From assembly GCF_009914755.1 (NCBI RefSeq), contig NC_060927.1: a stretch of DNA of 64,000 nt. One strand, 5' to 3'. The notes under the pieces were generated by a model. That model did no database searches, was not told the origin of the DNA, and worked only from the letters and a program-made list of their open reading frames with translations. The position numbers and the translations under genes were made by a program. The stretch's first letter is position 1, and each line of letters starts with the position of its first letter. This document shows, one piece after another, positions 1 through 12,144 of the stretch. The stretch is from the human T2T-CHM13v2.0 reference genome, Homo sapiens.

Positions 1-11
1 TTAACATCTGG

Positions 12-190
12 AGGCTGAATTCCAGCTCCCTCCTGTGAGTTTTGTGGCATCAGGCAAGTCACTTAAATTCTCTAACACTCAATTGCTTTATTTATAAAAT
101 GGGACAATTAATAGTAACTCTCTCATGGTGCTCTTTTGAGAACTTGTCTAGCACCTAAATAAGGCAACAAAGTATGACGTTGCTATTATA
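12..190 (+). mobile_element. MIR SINE fragment
   Basis: MIR core-like GGCAAGTCACTTAAATTCTCT...TATAAAATGGGACAATTAATAGTA; boundaries approximate. Confidence 0.7.
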
Positions 191-302
191 TGTCTCCAAT
201 ACATTGCTAAAAATTTTGTAAGTTACAGAATATGATTAAATGATTCCATTTATGGAAACATTTTCTTTATACATAAATACATACTCACAAAAGAAAAAAC
301 AA

Positions 303-909
303 TGTTGTAGGATATAATAAATTCCTCTTCAAAGGTTTTAGCCTATAAATTGTTAAGTACAACGAGTTCTGGGATCCTCTCCAAAGAACCAATGTATCAG
401 TATGTTCAGCTCCCCTGGTCTTTGTTCTTCATTTTAAAGTTTAACTTCCTCATTCTTTATGTCTCCTTGCCCCTAGTTTCAGTAAACAACCCCCTCCTAG
501 CCTCTATCACCTAGCTCCATCCTGAGTCACCCCAGGTCACCTGCTCCATTCTGAGTCACTCCTAATCACCTGCTCTGACCTGAGTCACCTTTAGTTACCT
601 GTTCTGTAACTCCTTCCCACCAAACTACTCACCCTGCCACTCCAGCTCATACCCCTGCTCTGTTTAAAATAGCCAATCAGAATTAGCTTAGACTGTGTGG
701 TCCAACCCTAGCCAATAGGTGAAAGACACAGCAGTAGAGATTAGCTGCGTTAGGATAAGAACCCCTTCCCCTCCCTTGTTCAGTTGTGCTCTCACCATTG
801 CTCAATCCACGAGACCCACCCTTCTATAGAAGTAAAATTGCCTTGCTGAGAAATTAAATTTACGTTCGAGTGCTATTTCTTTTGCGGCACCGAAAATTTA
901 TTTCTAACA
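303..909 (+). mobile_element. Solo ERV1 LTR, LTR10A/LTR10F-like (HERV-I family)
   Basis: TG...CA termini (TGTTGTAGGATATAATAAATTCCTCTTCAAAGG ... GAAAATTTATTTCTAACA); CCAAT at 673 and 712; GGATAAGA TATA-like at ~753; ATTAAA at 853; internal 29-bp repeat with TGAGTCA. No clean TSD seen; subfamily from memory. Confidence 0.8.
507..610 (+). repeat. 29-30 bp tandem repeat (3 units plus a partial) inside LTR10, one AP-1 site per unit
   Basis: Units start at 507, 537, 566 and 595 (TCACCTGCTC...); TGAGTCA at 523, 552 and 581. Confidence 0.92.
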
Positions 910-1214
910 CCATAGAAGCCTAAACTCAAACTATTAACCATAGGGAACAGAAGTGATTTTTTTCTGCCTTTTATCTTTCTGTACTGTGTGGTATTTATCT
1001 TTATAATAAGCAGGTATTATTATAATAAGAAAATAAAGATACAACTGTAAAAGGAACAAATCAAATGACTACTGACCCTGAAGCATGGGGCATAATGTGG
1101 GGTCTCTAGGAGGACAGGCTGGCCAGGACATCCTTGACAAATAAACAGGTGCTCCCTGCCAAGGCAAGCCTAAAGGACAGAAAGGAAAATAAGACTTCTT
1201 GCTAGAAAGAATGA

Positions 1215-1642
<428 letters not shown>

Positions 1643-2139
1643 CCTTCCACCATTTTTAATGGAATAAGGTACTTTGTGTTGGCTTTCACAAAGATCACGT
1701 TTATTCCTCTGACCATGGCTGTGTCTGGCCTATACTTTAGGTGACTAAAGGTTGGGAAAACAGAAATTTCTCTTGAAAGAAAATTTAGAGTCTACTTGCC
1801 AAGTGAAGAAGAATTTATAGGGCCACCTTTGACTGAAGTGTTCTGAGCATTAGAAAATAATGGTGAAATATATAAAGACAAGCTTGCTGAATGGATTAAA
1901 GCTTTTGAACCTATAATTAACCCAAGAAGCTGGTTTTAATTGAATAGAGAGAGAATAGGGAATTTATTGCATTATTCTGGTTATAATGAATATTCATCAT
2001 ATGATTTCTCAACCAACATATGATGAGCAAAAATAACTTTCTTGCCTTTCTATCTTCTGAAGAGGATATTGACAAGATACGAAGCATCTGAAACCACCTC
2101 CATTGTATTTCTATTTCTACCTGGGTCAATGAAACTATG

Positions 2140-2490
2140 AGCTTAGTGTTCTTAGGAAACTCTGGGGCTGGAGGATCCACTTCCTAGGTGGCTTGCTCAC
2201 ATGGCTACAAGATGGTGCTGGTGGAAGCCTCAGTTCCTTTCTACATGGGACTTTCCACAGGGTTGCTCGTCTGTCTTTCAGCATAGTGGCTGGATTTTGG
2301 CAAAGCTGGTTATCTAAGAGACTGAGGCAGGAGCTGCAATTCCTTCTTTTATTACCTAGCCCTGAAGTCACGTAATAGCTTCAGAAGTCAGCATAGACCA
2401 GACTTAATTCACCGGGAGGGAAATGTACAAAGGAGTAACTAAGAGGAGGTGAAGATTATTGGAGGCCATCTTGAAGGGTGGCTCTCTTAG
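2140..2490 (-). mobile_element. MLT1 (MaLR) LTR fragment, MLT1F/G/H-like
   Basis: GGGGCTGGAGGATCCACTTCC...GCCTCAGTTCCTT...GGAGGCCATCTTG, typical of antisense MLT1. Confidence 0.7.
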
Positions 2491-2754
2491 GCACCAATAT
2501 ATACTGACAGTTTTCAGAGCTTGCATTGGAAGCAGTGTTGGGCAGAGATGGTACTCTTGGTAGAACCTATCAAAGCCTGGATTGTGGGCTGGAAGTTTTG
2601 AATAATCACAAGACCAGATACAGCCTTGTCTGGAGGCAAAGGATGGACAATTTGACCTCTAAGGGGTGTCTGGGATCTAGCTTGGATCTACTTACAGGTT
2701 ATTTCTAAGCTTGGGATCCTTTGCCTCAGAACTAAATGGAACAGCAGTGAATTG

Positions 2755-3230
2755 ATTAATTCGATCAATAAAATTTTTATAGAGGACCTACTATGTGTGA
2801 GGCACAGTACTTGGCACTGTAGCTATCCCTGCTTAATAGTAACCATCCCAATATTCAACTGTCCCAGTGAGTAGTTACTGTCCCAATAGTAACTCCCAAT
2901 GAAGTGACAAAGGAAAGATAAGCTCTTGGACATTGGAGGTGGTGATAAGATGACAATAAGGTTGACAGCTTTATATCATGAGGCTGAAAATGGGGGATAT
3001 GAATCCAGAATGAAAAGGAAGCGCTTTCTCTTCTATAAATACTTACCTTATTAATGAATTATAAATTTTCCTAAGAAAAATTATAGTATGCCGTGAGGAC
3101 TAGTCAATGTAAGGGAAGTGATATTAAATTGAGAAGTGATGAGTAGGAGATATTTGAAGAAATGAGAGTGGGGAGGGAGTTGTAGGTAAGAGGGAACAGC
3201 ATGTGCAAAGACCATGAGGTGGGAATATGA
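2755..3230 (-). mobile_element. L2 3' remnant interrupted by a duplicated block
   Basis: CCTACTATGTGTGAGGCACAGTACTTGGCACTG at ~2790 and GAGGGAACAGCATGTGCAAAGACCATGAGG at ~3190 are L2 hallmarks. Confidence 0.65.
2902..3038 (+). repeat. Dispersed direct repeat, copy 1 (partner 4892-5028)
   Basis: Ungapped alignment with offset 1990; 101/112 identities over 2902-3013 by hand count. Confidence 0.93.
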
Positions 3231-4891
3231 TGGGAAACTCCGAATCCTGAACTGCCTGCCCTATACTTTGGGAGTTACTGACAACTGAGATCCACATGGC
3301 TCAGTGCTTATTATTAGAAGAAAAGTCTTAGTCATTTGATACCAAATTATTTCTTCTTTCAGTTCTGGATAAAGACAAGTACATTATTTGTTTTCCAGAT
3401 TCCCAGAACATTAAGGCATAGTTACAGGGCACATCTTAGAAGAAATCTTCTCTTAAATCTGCTAGAATAGGAAAAATATCTGAAATAGAACAGAAAAAGT
3501 TTAACAGATAATTTTATTGCTAACAGCTCTGGTTTCTTTCAACGTCCAAAATTAAAGTGAACAGTTCAAGGAATATTGTGAAGTGGGTATTCCTCTCTTA
3601 TGACCATTAGCATCACAGATGTCATCTTATGCAGGCAAATAAATAATTACAAGGGATAGTCAGCTATTTGTATGAACAGTCAATTCCTTTCCTTTATTAT
3701 GATTTGAAATAACCTCAGACACAAAAATCATAAATGAACACAAGCAAGATCATACAATGGTCCCTTTAAGATAAACCTGGCAGTGTTTAACTAGAAATTA
3801 CTGACTGTTCCAAAAATGACATTCTGTGTTCTGCAGTAAGATGGAGAACTTTTGCGTGTGTTTTTTCTTCCCTCCCATTCGGTTATAACAATGAGTCACC
3901 ACTACCTGCAAAGCTAGACATGTAGATTTGCATCTTGTGCCAGAAAGCCTAGGTACCAGTTAGCCAGGATTTAAAAGGAGAGGGTAAAAAAGTTTAATTT
4001 ACAGACTTAATTAAACATGAAAGTTTCCAGGGAGGAAAACACATCTCCTAACCACCATCCCCCACTTTTTAAAATATATCTATTGATCTTCATTCCAAAG
4101 ATGTTACATACATTAGATAACTAATTTTTAGTGATTTGTATAAAGCATCCATTTGCCACAAATCAGAAAAACTGTAATGAGGACTGATACAAACAAAACT
4201 CCCAAGTTTTCTCTGACCACAGCACACTTCTAAAGGAAACCCATTTCACCCTATTTCTATAGAGGCTGTCTCTTGTGCCCACCCGTCCTTGGCTTCCAGG
4301 AAGCACAGAGAAGGTGAGATAGTGGAAATATGGGCTCAGAGACTCCTACAAAGATGATGATTAGGTACAATGAACAGCAGCCCCAAGTTACCTCCTAAGA
4401 CAACTCCCCTCCCTGCCCTTTTCCCCCCAAATGAGAGCTTTCCAGCCAAGAAAGCTGACTGTTATTTTCATAATGCTTCAGGCATGCATAGCAAAAGAGC
4501 AGCTCTTTCTACCACTCCAGTTTAGGCAAGACCTCATCATCTGGGTTGAAAAGTTTGAGTTTCACATCTTTGTCTTTTTGTGCAACTGAGGAGCCAACCA
4601 GAAAAAAAATAAGAGGGTAAACTCATACTATATCTTTCCAGAAATAAAGAAAAAAGTAAATAATGAATATGAGCACACGCTTTTAAAAATATCTCTATGA
4701 AGCTAACATAGATGTAGATATAAATGTATTTCAAGATACGCATTGGGTTCCCCAGGCATGGATGGATTGGCTTATAAATTATTCCAAGATCTCTTTAGTG
4801 TCTGCATATTCAACCTGAATTATGTTTCAAGTCCTGAATCTCTCTTTTTCTCAGCTTTAATGAAATGTGTCCAAAAGTCATTCCCAGGACT

Positions 4892-5028
4892 AAGTGAAAA
4901 AGGAAAGATAAGCTCCTGGACGTTGGAGTTGGTGATTAGTTGACAATAAGGCTGACAGCTTTATATCATGAGGCTGAAAATTGGAGATTTGAATCCTGAA
5001 TGAGGAAGAACAACTTTTTCTTCTGTAA
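4892..5028 (+). repeat. Dispersed direct repeat, copy 2 (partner 2902-3038)
   Basis: AAGGAAAGATAAGCTC...TGACAGCTTTATATCATGAGGCTGAAAAT shared with copy 1. Confidence 0.93.
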
Positions 5029-5336
5029 GAACCAACAAGTCTCTTTTCTGAGAAAAAGGGAGACATTTTGACTGTGAGTGGGAGTTTTTAGTTCCTCTAA
5101 AGGGATATTTCAGGGGCACGTTGTTCAACAGAAAATATTACCTAGATGAGATTGTTCATCTACTAGACCAGAACTGTTTTTAATACTATGTTCTGCACTG
5201 TTAATGCTCAATAAATTTTTAGAAGCAATATTCCAACAATGATAAGAAGTCAAGTACATTCATTGTTCCGGTCCCTGCATTCAGTAGTTGCCGCCTTGAA
5301 CATAGTCATAATGGACAAAGGCAACCAGGCACTTCG

Positions 5337-5641
5337 TTTTTTAGAGACAGGGCCTCGCTCTGTCACTTAGGCTGGTGTGTGTTTTCTTCCCTTCTCTTCC
5401 CATAGTGAAATGGGGTGATCATGGCTGACTTCAGCCTCAACCTTCTGAGTTCAAGCCACCTTTCCACCTCAGCCTGATTAGCAGGAACTACAGGTGCCTG
5501 CCACCATGCCCGGCTAATGTTTTTATTTTTTTGTAGAGAGGAAGTCTCACTATGTTACCCAGGCTGGTCTTTAACTCCTGGCCTCAAGCAATCCTTCCAC
5601 CTTGGCCTTCCAAAGTGCTGGGATTACAGGCTTGACCTACC
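5337..5641 (-). mobile_element. AluJ with a 28-bp internal insertion
   Basis: Diverged antisense Alu; non-Alu pyrimidine-rich stretch at 5376-5403. Confidence 0.9.
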
Positions 5642-5929
5642 GCTCTCAACCAAGGCAGGCACCTTTACAGGGATCTTCATGCTTGAGATGCTTATTTATT
5701 TTTGTATGCCATCCACAAAAGGACTTCTATGCTCTTTGTATTTTTCTAATGAATTTCTCTAATACCTTAGGAGTCTCAGCACTAATGTCTTTATTTTTAC
5801 TTTTAACCAAGATTTGTATAATTTCTCAAATTCATTCCCACAAAGAAGACAATGACGTCAAGAAAGACTTTGAGAATCCATCATTCTGTATGTTCAGCCT
5901 ATCTCCTTTCATCAAGAAAGAATCCCCTT

Positions 5930-6430
5930 TGAGTTGGGAAATATTGTTTCCTTGACTTCAATCCTTTGGTTTTAATGGGAGTTGCCTATCAGTTTAACAC
6001 ACCCACCTGTTTACATGGGTGAGGATGTGGCCCAACTAGGCCAGTCATCATGCCCCACGTAGGATTGGCCCAAGAGACCCAGACGGGATCAACATAGGCC
6101 AATGCGAGTCCTGTCTGAAGTTGACACCAGAGGTACCCCTTTGACTCTGATGATGAATATGGGAAGAAGTGAGCCTGGAAGCTGCCATCAATCCTGCCTC
6201 TGGCCATGGGGAAAAGGTGATATCAGGAAATGGAGCCAACACTCAGAAAGAGGTAGAACTGAGAGACGGAGAGAATGGATTTTGAGTCCCATCTCTGGCA
6301 TTGTTCATTAAGCTCATCCTTGAAATACATGAGCTACCCCAAGACTCTTTCAACTAATCATCCCATTTTATTCTTTTGCTTAAGGTAGTTCAGGTTGGGT
6401 TTCTGTCTCTTCCTGATTAATTCAGGTTCT
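5930..6430 (+). mobile_element. Old MLT1 (J/K/L-like) LTR
   Basis: GGAAGCTGCCATC...ACATGAGCTACCC...TTGCTTAAGGTAGTTCAGGTTGGGTTTCTGTC, MLT1J/K-like 3' end. Confidence 0.5.
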
Positions 6431-6665
6431 AACTGCATTAAGAAGCACCTTGCACAGTAGTCTGCCTAGAGTAGATACCTAATGTATGTGGGTTAAAGAA
6501 CAACTGCTTTTATTTCTTAACAGGTGAACTTTAGAAAGCAGAAGAGGGAATTGTAAATTGGATGGCTGTCTGAATTTTACTGTCACCATTAGCACTAATG
6601 GAGACACTATTACAGGTCTACCAACATTTCAGGTCATACTCTGTGAAGTGATTAAAGGTATAGAC

Positions 6666-7009
6666 CAATGCTGTCCAGTGGAAATACAACTTGAGCCACA
6701 TATGTAATTTTAAGACCTCTAGTAACCACATTTTAGAAAGTAAAAAGAAATAATTGAGATTAATTTTAACATTCTGTTTAACCCAGTATATAAAAAAAAA
6801 TCATTTCATCATTTAATATAAAAATTAATAATGAGATATTTTAAAAAATTTCTTGTCCTGAGTCTTCAAAACCCAGTATGTATTCCATACTGAATCCAGT
6901 ATATATTCCGTACTGAATCCAGTATATATCACATCTCAATTTGGACTAGCTACAGTTCAAGTTCTCAATAGTCATATGTGGCTAGTGGCTACCATATTGG
7001 AAAGTGCAG
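6666..7009. mobile_element. MER33-like hAT-Charlie DNA transposon
   Basis: CAATGCTGTCCAGTGGAAATACAACTTGAGCCACATATGTAATTTTAA ... GTGGCTAGTGGCTACCATATTGGAAAGTGCAG termini. Confidence 0.8.
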
Positions 7010-7019
7010 CCATATTTCC

Positions 7020-7160
7020 TGATCTTAATCCTGGTTCTACCACTCACTAGTTCTATGAACTTGGGAAACCTATCTGATTTATTTGAGCCTGAGTTTCCTC
7101 ATCTGTAAAGTGGAGATAATAATAATCATTCCTTCACCATAGGGTAGGTGAGGATATAGA
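7020..7160 (+). mobile_element. MIR
   Basis: GAGCCTGAGTTTCCTCATCTGTAAAGTGGAGATAATAATA core. Confidence 0.8.
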
Positions 7161-9019
7161 GATGAGTGGGCTGGATGAAGTTGCTGCCCACACTGAGCTA
7201 TATTCTATGGGGAGCAATGGATAACTTACTGCAGTAAGTATAAACAAATGTCAGATAGTGCTAAGACAACAATATAACAGGTTATTGAGATAGCAAGTAA
7301 CTATGAAGGGGACTGGGGTAAGAGCTTAGATAGGGCTAACAGGGAGGGCCTCTCTGAAGAGGCAATCAGTTAGATACCCGCAAATTCAACAATGAAATGG
7401 AGCCAGCCACATCACAATCCAGGGTACGAGGCCAGGATCTATGTTCCAGGAACTCAATAACTATCTCTAAGAAAGAAAACACAAAAATAAGTATCCCAGG
7501 GAAGACTCCTGAATGGCAACTCATATGCCAGCAGCCAGCATCAAGTCATTTTCTAAGTTTTTGTGCCGTGAAGTGCTGGCGACAGCTGTTTAGTGTCCTG
7601 CATACTTTTCTCAGGCAGCCCTTGCATCTGTTCCACACCCCTTAAGAGAGAATTAAAGAGAGAAAACAAACTCTGTTGACAGAAGGAGGTGTAGGCCTTT
7701 ATGGCATTCAAAAAAAAGCAAATTAGAGCAAGGTAATTCCAAGCAACTCTAGTTTTAAAAATAGGTCAGTCCAGGTACCATGGGTAACACTGACAGATCT
7801 TTTCCACAAGCATGTGAAGAATACAGGTTTCAGGACAGTCCTGAACTTGTGAGGTCCTGCAGAGGCATACTCTCTGGGCGGTGCACATTTTGCTGTTGCT
7901 ACTGCCAAGAGCCAAATTTGCCCTGGCTCGGGGCTGGACCCACTGCTCACGGTCTTGTTTTGACTCCTTCTGTCTGTTTCTCTTTGAAAGCAAATTGCCT
8001 CCCCTGGCTGTTTATGACATGTTTCAGGCAGCTGGCCTGGCAGTCTCTAGAACGCTTTTGAGTTTGCCATGCAGGTAAGCAAACTCGAAGTTAGCTGCCG
8101 TATCACGGCAGCAAGGGGTTCAGAAAAGGGTTTGTGCTAAGCTCTTGCTCAGCTACTTATACATGTCAGCTCCTTTCATTCTCCTCAAAACAACCCCAAG
8201 AGAAAGATATATTCCTACCAACATCTTGCAGTAGAGGAAACTGATGCTCAGAAAGGTAGTCATTTCCTCAAAGCCACACATCAATTAAGTGGTATCTCCA
8301 AATCCCCTGCTCTGAGCTGAATGGAAACAGTTAAGGCTAGAGAGAGGGGAGATACCTGGGGTGTCATATGACAGTCCATGAAGTTTTTCCGAGGTAACAA
8401 ATTCAAGCAACTTGAACTTGATTCTCTGTCAAGACTTCACACTCCCAGGTCACCGTGGATAGATTTTCCACATTGTTTCCAAGTTGGCTCCAAAGACACC
8501 AGATCATGCGTAGAAAAGACGCACTTCGGGGGCACAGGAAGTGTATCCCGGGGAACAGAATCCAGAGAAAGAGAATGAAGAAGTTGGATCGGCACTGCAA
8601 AGCCGGATGCTAAATTCATTAATAGATGCCTTTAGGAGAGTTTTTAGAAGCTCAGGATCATAAGATTGAAGCAAGAATTTGAACAAGAAATAGAAAGCAA
8701 AAACAGATCACATTATTCAACCTGACAAGACCATACTTCCACCTGCAGCAGTAATGGTTTTTTACATTGGGTTGCATCACATAGGATCTAAACATGAATC
8801 CATGGATGACTTGCCTCCTACCTTTTCTACTCCAGCCCACCTAGCGTACTCTCACTGCTTCCTTGCAAATCATGCTACCTGCCTACTTGCCAGACTCAAT
8901 GCTTTCTCGTTCCTTACCATCCTGGGTTATCTTTGATCTCCCTGTCACATGTGACAATGCTAGTCACTTTCTCTTCTCAATACTGTACCTCTCTTGCCTT
9001 CTGTGACATCATATAGTAG

Positions 9020-9559
9020 TGTCTTAGTTCTATGTTGCTGTGTAACAAATTACCCTAAAACTTAGCATCCTAAAACAACACGTATTTCCGATCTCTCAGT
9101 TTCTGTGGGTCAGGAAGCCAGGTACAGCTTACCTGAATCCTGTTTCAGGGTCTTGCCCAGGCTACAGGGAAGGTGCCAGCTAGAGCCATAGTCCTCTCAA
9201 CTGGGGCTGGATCCATTTCCTGGCTCAGTCATTGATTGCTGGCAGGAATCAGTTCCTCATAGGTTGTTGGACTGAAACCTTCAGTAGTCTCTGGCTGATC
9301 ACTGGAGGCTGCCCTCAATTCCTTGCTATGTGGGCCTCTCCATAGAGAGCTTCATCAGACCAAGTAAGTGACAGCAACAGAGAGAATGCCAGAAGGTGGA
9401 AGCCACCGTCTTTTTAAACGCAAGTGTGGAAGCGACATCTCATTATTTTTGATGTATTCTGTTCACTAGAAAGAAGTCACTAGATCCAGTCCACCCTCAA
9501 AAAGAGTGGAGTATATAAGAGTGTGAATAGCAGGAGGTGGGGACTGTTGGCCCACCACA
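9020..9559 (-). mobile_element. MLT1F-like LTR
   Basis: TGTCTTAGTTCTATGTTGCTGTGTAACAAATTACCCTAAAACTTAG ... GGCCCACCACA. Confidence 0.8.
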
Positions 9560-9769
9560 AGAAACACATGTAATATCTATTGAGCACTATGCCTCATATT
9601 TCTCAATGCCAGTAAGTGATGGCCATATTTGACATTACATTCTCCTGCTCTCCTACCTCCCCAACTACCCTTGGGTTAAACCCAAGATGATGGATCAATT
9701 ATTGTGCCATCAGACATAATAAAACTTAAGTACCCCTCCTCTATCCCATTCCATACATACATTTTTTTC

Positions 9770-10160
9770 TTCCCCACAAGGCAGCCAGAGTAGTCTTTCT
9801 AAAACCCAAATCTGATTATGCCACCTTCTGCTCAAAACCTTGCAATGGGTTCTCAGTGTCCTTTGCTTTGAAGACCCTGCATATGGGACCTACATTTACC
9901 TCTCCAATCTCTTCTCTCCGCATCCCCTCTCTCCTGTCATGTTTCAGCCATAGTTACTTTCTTTCAGTTCTTTAAACATGTCATTTTCACTCACCTGTCT
10001 GGCCTCTGCCGAATATACCTCTTAACTTCCAGCCTCTGCACTCCAAGAAAAGGGGAGTCCTTTCTCTTACCTAGAACCTCCATGAGGGCAGAGATCATGC
10101 CTATTAGTTTATCAATCTGTTCTTAGTACCTAGCATGGTGCACAGTGGTACTCAACCATG
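9770..10160 (+). mobile_element. L2 3' fragment
   Basis: GCAGCCAGAGTAGTCTTTCTAAAACCCAAATCTGATTATG ... CATGAGGGCAGAGATCATG. Confidence 0.7.
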
Positions 10161-10477
10161 GGTAAAAGAACGTACCTTACAGAAGATGCTGGCAGAAGGT
10201 CCATAGACAAAGGGGCTATGGGACTTGATGAGTTCAGGATTTGCTTCCCAACATCCGCCTCCTGGACTCTGCCTTCTCCTGGGATGCCCTCCTAAAAGCA
10301 GAGAGGTAACATCATACGTTTAAGGCACTGTGTTTTTAGGGTGGCCAAATGCATGAAGAATTTATATCAAGTGCTTTCTTTCATATTGGAGGTTCCTGAC
10401 ATGTGTTTTCAAATGAATGAATGACTTACGAGACCCAAGTACAAAGAACACCTGTCAGTCTTAAAAACAACATCAGC

Positions 10478-10890
10478 TAGCATTTGTTAAATACTTTTGG
10501 TACGTCAAGCGTGGTGCTAGGTGTTTTACATGTAGTAATTTCTCATCTAATGTTTACAACAACACTATGGTTAGGTATCCTTATTCCTATTTCCCAAATG
10601 AGGAAAATGACACACAGGAGGGCACAGTGATTTGTCCACAGACATACATATTGTAAGTAAACTGAATTTGGACAAAATGATAATGACTGCAATGGTTTAT
10701 TAAGCCTTTATTATGTGCCAGGCCTTTTACCAGTACTTGATTTGGGTTATCTTACTTAATCCTTCTAGAAACCTATTAAAATTGGGAACAGAGTTATTCT
10801 TGAATTAGAAATGAAGAAACTAAGGTTTAGAGAGTTTAAGAATATTGCCTCTGATGGCACAGCTAGCAAAAGGAAGTGCTGAGATTGATT
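10478..10890 (-). mobile_element. Two adjacent MIR fragments
   Basis: CAAATGAGGAAAATGACACACAG and AAATGAAGAAACTAAGGTTTAGAGAG antisense cores. Confidence 0.7.
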
Positions 10891-11697
10891 TTTTTCTCAG
10901 AACATACTTTATTATAGTGATATTTTAAAGAAGAATTTAATTTCCAAGTATGAAATATTTCAAGGAGTATGTTAAAACTATAAGCTGACAACAGTGGCCA
11001 AGGTTAGCCCTCTCTCTTTCTCCCTAAGAAGAAAAGGCTGGTATAAATATTTAGGAGGCTTGAAATCATGACTTAAAGAAAAAAAATGAAATATCTTAGT
11101 GAATTTTTGGTCTAGTCGATAGTGAAATCAAGATTAATTTAAAGCCAACGACTAATATACTACTCACTTGCATTTTATTCAAGAAAAGAAAATATGTCCA
11201 TCTATAAGAATACAGAAATGTTTTTATTTCCTGTTGTCTTGAAAACAGTTACTAAAATGTAATTCAAGATACTGCTGGGCTTCTCATTTGTATCATGAAG
11301 GTGACAGCACAGACAGTAACAATTCATAACATCATGGCTTTCCAGGGTGGGCACGCACCCGCTATGCTCCTTATGCTATTGCCACTGTCCTAACTGAACA
11401 GTAGCATATCTCCCTCCCTTACCCAGAGCTGGGATTTGAACCCAGGCCTGTTTGGTGCCCAAGACTATGCTATTATCATTAACGAACCACTTCTCACACG
11501 GTCCTTTATTTCACCTACCCAGGCCACTGTACTAACCACAAAGCATAGACAAAATGTGTTTCTCAATTGCCATGATATTGGATTCTTGCTCAAAGAAAGG
11601 CCGCAGACTCTCTGGACTCTGAAAATAACCATAGCAGGCTCCTCTGAGTCCTCACAGGGTAACTGAGCAGGAAGGTTTTCCAAGTCTTCATCAGGTC

Positions 11698-11875
11698 CAG
11701 TGGTTTTAAAAGCAGGCCAATATTCAGAATCAGCTGGAAGTTCTCACAAGCTACATATTCCCAGGAGCCGTCACAGACCCGTGGACTCAGAAGCACAATG
11801 GCCAGGGCTTAGGAATATGTTTTAACAAGCTCCTCAAGGACTCTGATGGTCAGCCAGATAGAAGCCAACAATTCC
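11698..11875. mobile_element. MER5-like DNA transposon relic
   Basis: CAGTGGTTTTAAAAG...TCAGAATCAGCTGG...TTTTAACAAGCTCCTCAAGGACTCTGATG. Confidence 0.6.
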
Positions 11876-12144
11876 TCCGCAAACCCCTGGTCCCAATCAC
11901 AACTCCACCCCATGAGGCCCCCAAGCCTGCCACATCCCCATTTATATGACCCAAAGGAGAATGCTTCAATGCCAGCTGGTGATTGAGAAGAAGCAGGTTT
12001 GGCACCCAAAACAGCAAGAGTGATACATGTCTAATTCTACTGCTGATTTTTTTTCATTATTTAATCAAAACATATGTTCTTTTCTGGATACCACTATAAA
12101 CTCCCTTTTTGAACATTAAAGAAAAGATGACAATGATGATATCT

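Noticed and set aside
507-610. CRISPR-like repeat-spacer array
   Set aside because: Contiguous degenerate tandem units without unique spacers, inside a primate LTR; no cas genes
3041-3049. Isolated perfect minus-strand donors (also ~9128, ~43620 and ~55655)
   Set aside because: Mostly within repeats and without a convincing partner acceptor; such 9-mers recur by chance
8440-8730. Protein-looking translations (RIIRLKQEFEQEIESKNR; PEKENEEVGSALQSRMLNSLIDAF)
   Set aside because: Different frames separated by stops; no recognisable homolog, splice framing, poly-A or TSD; purine-rich composition explains them
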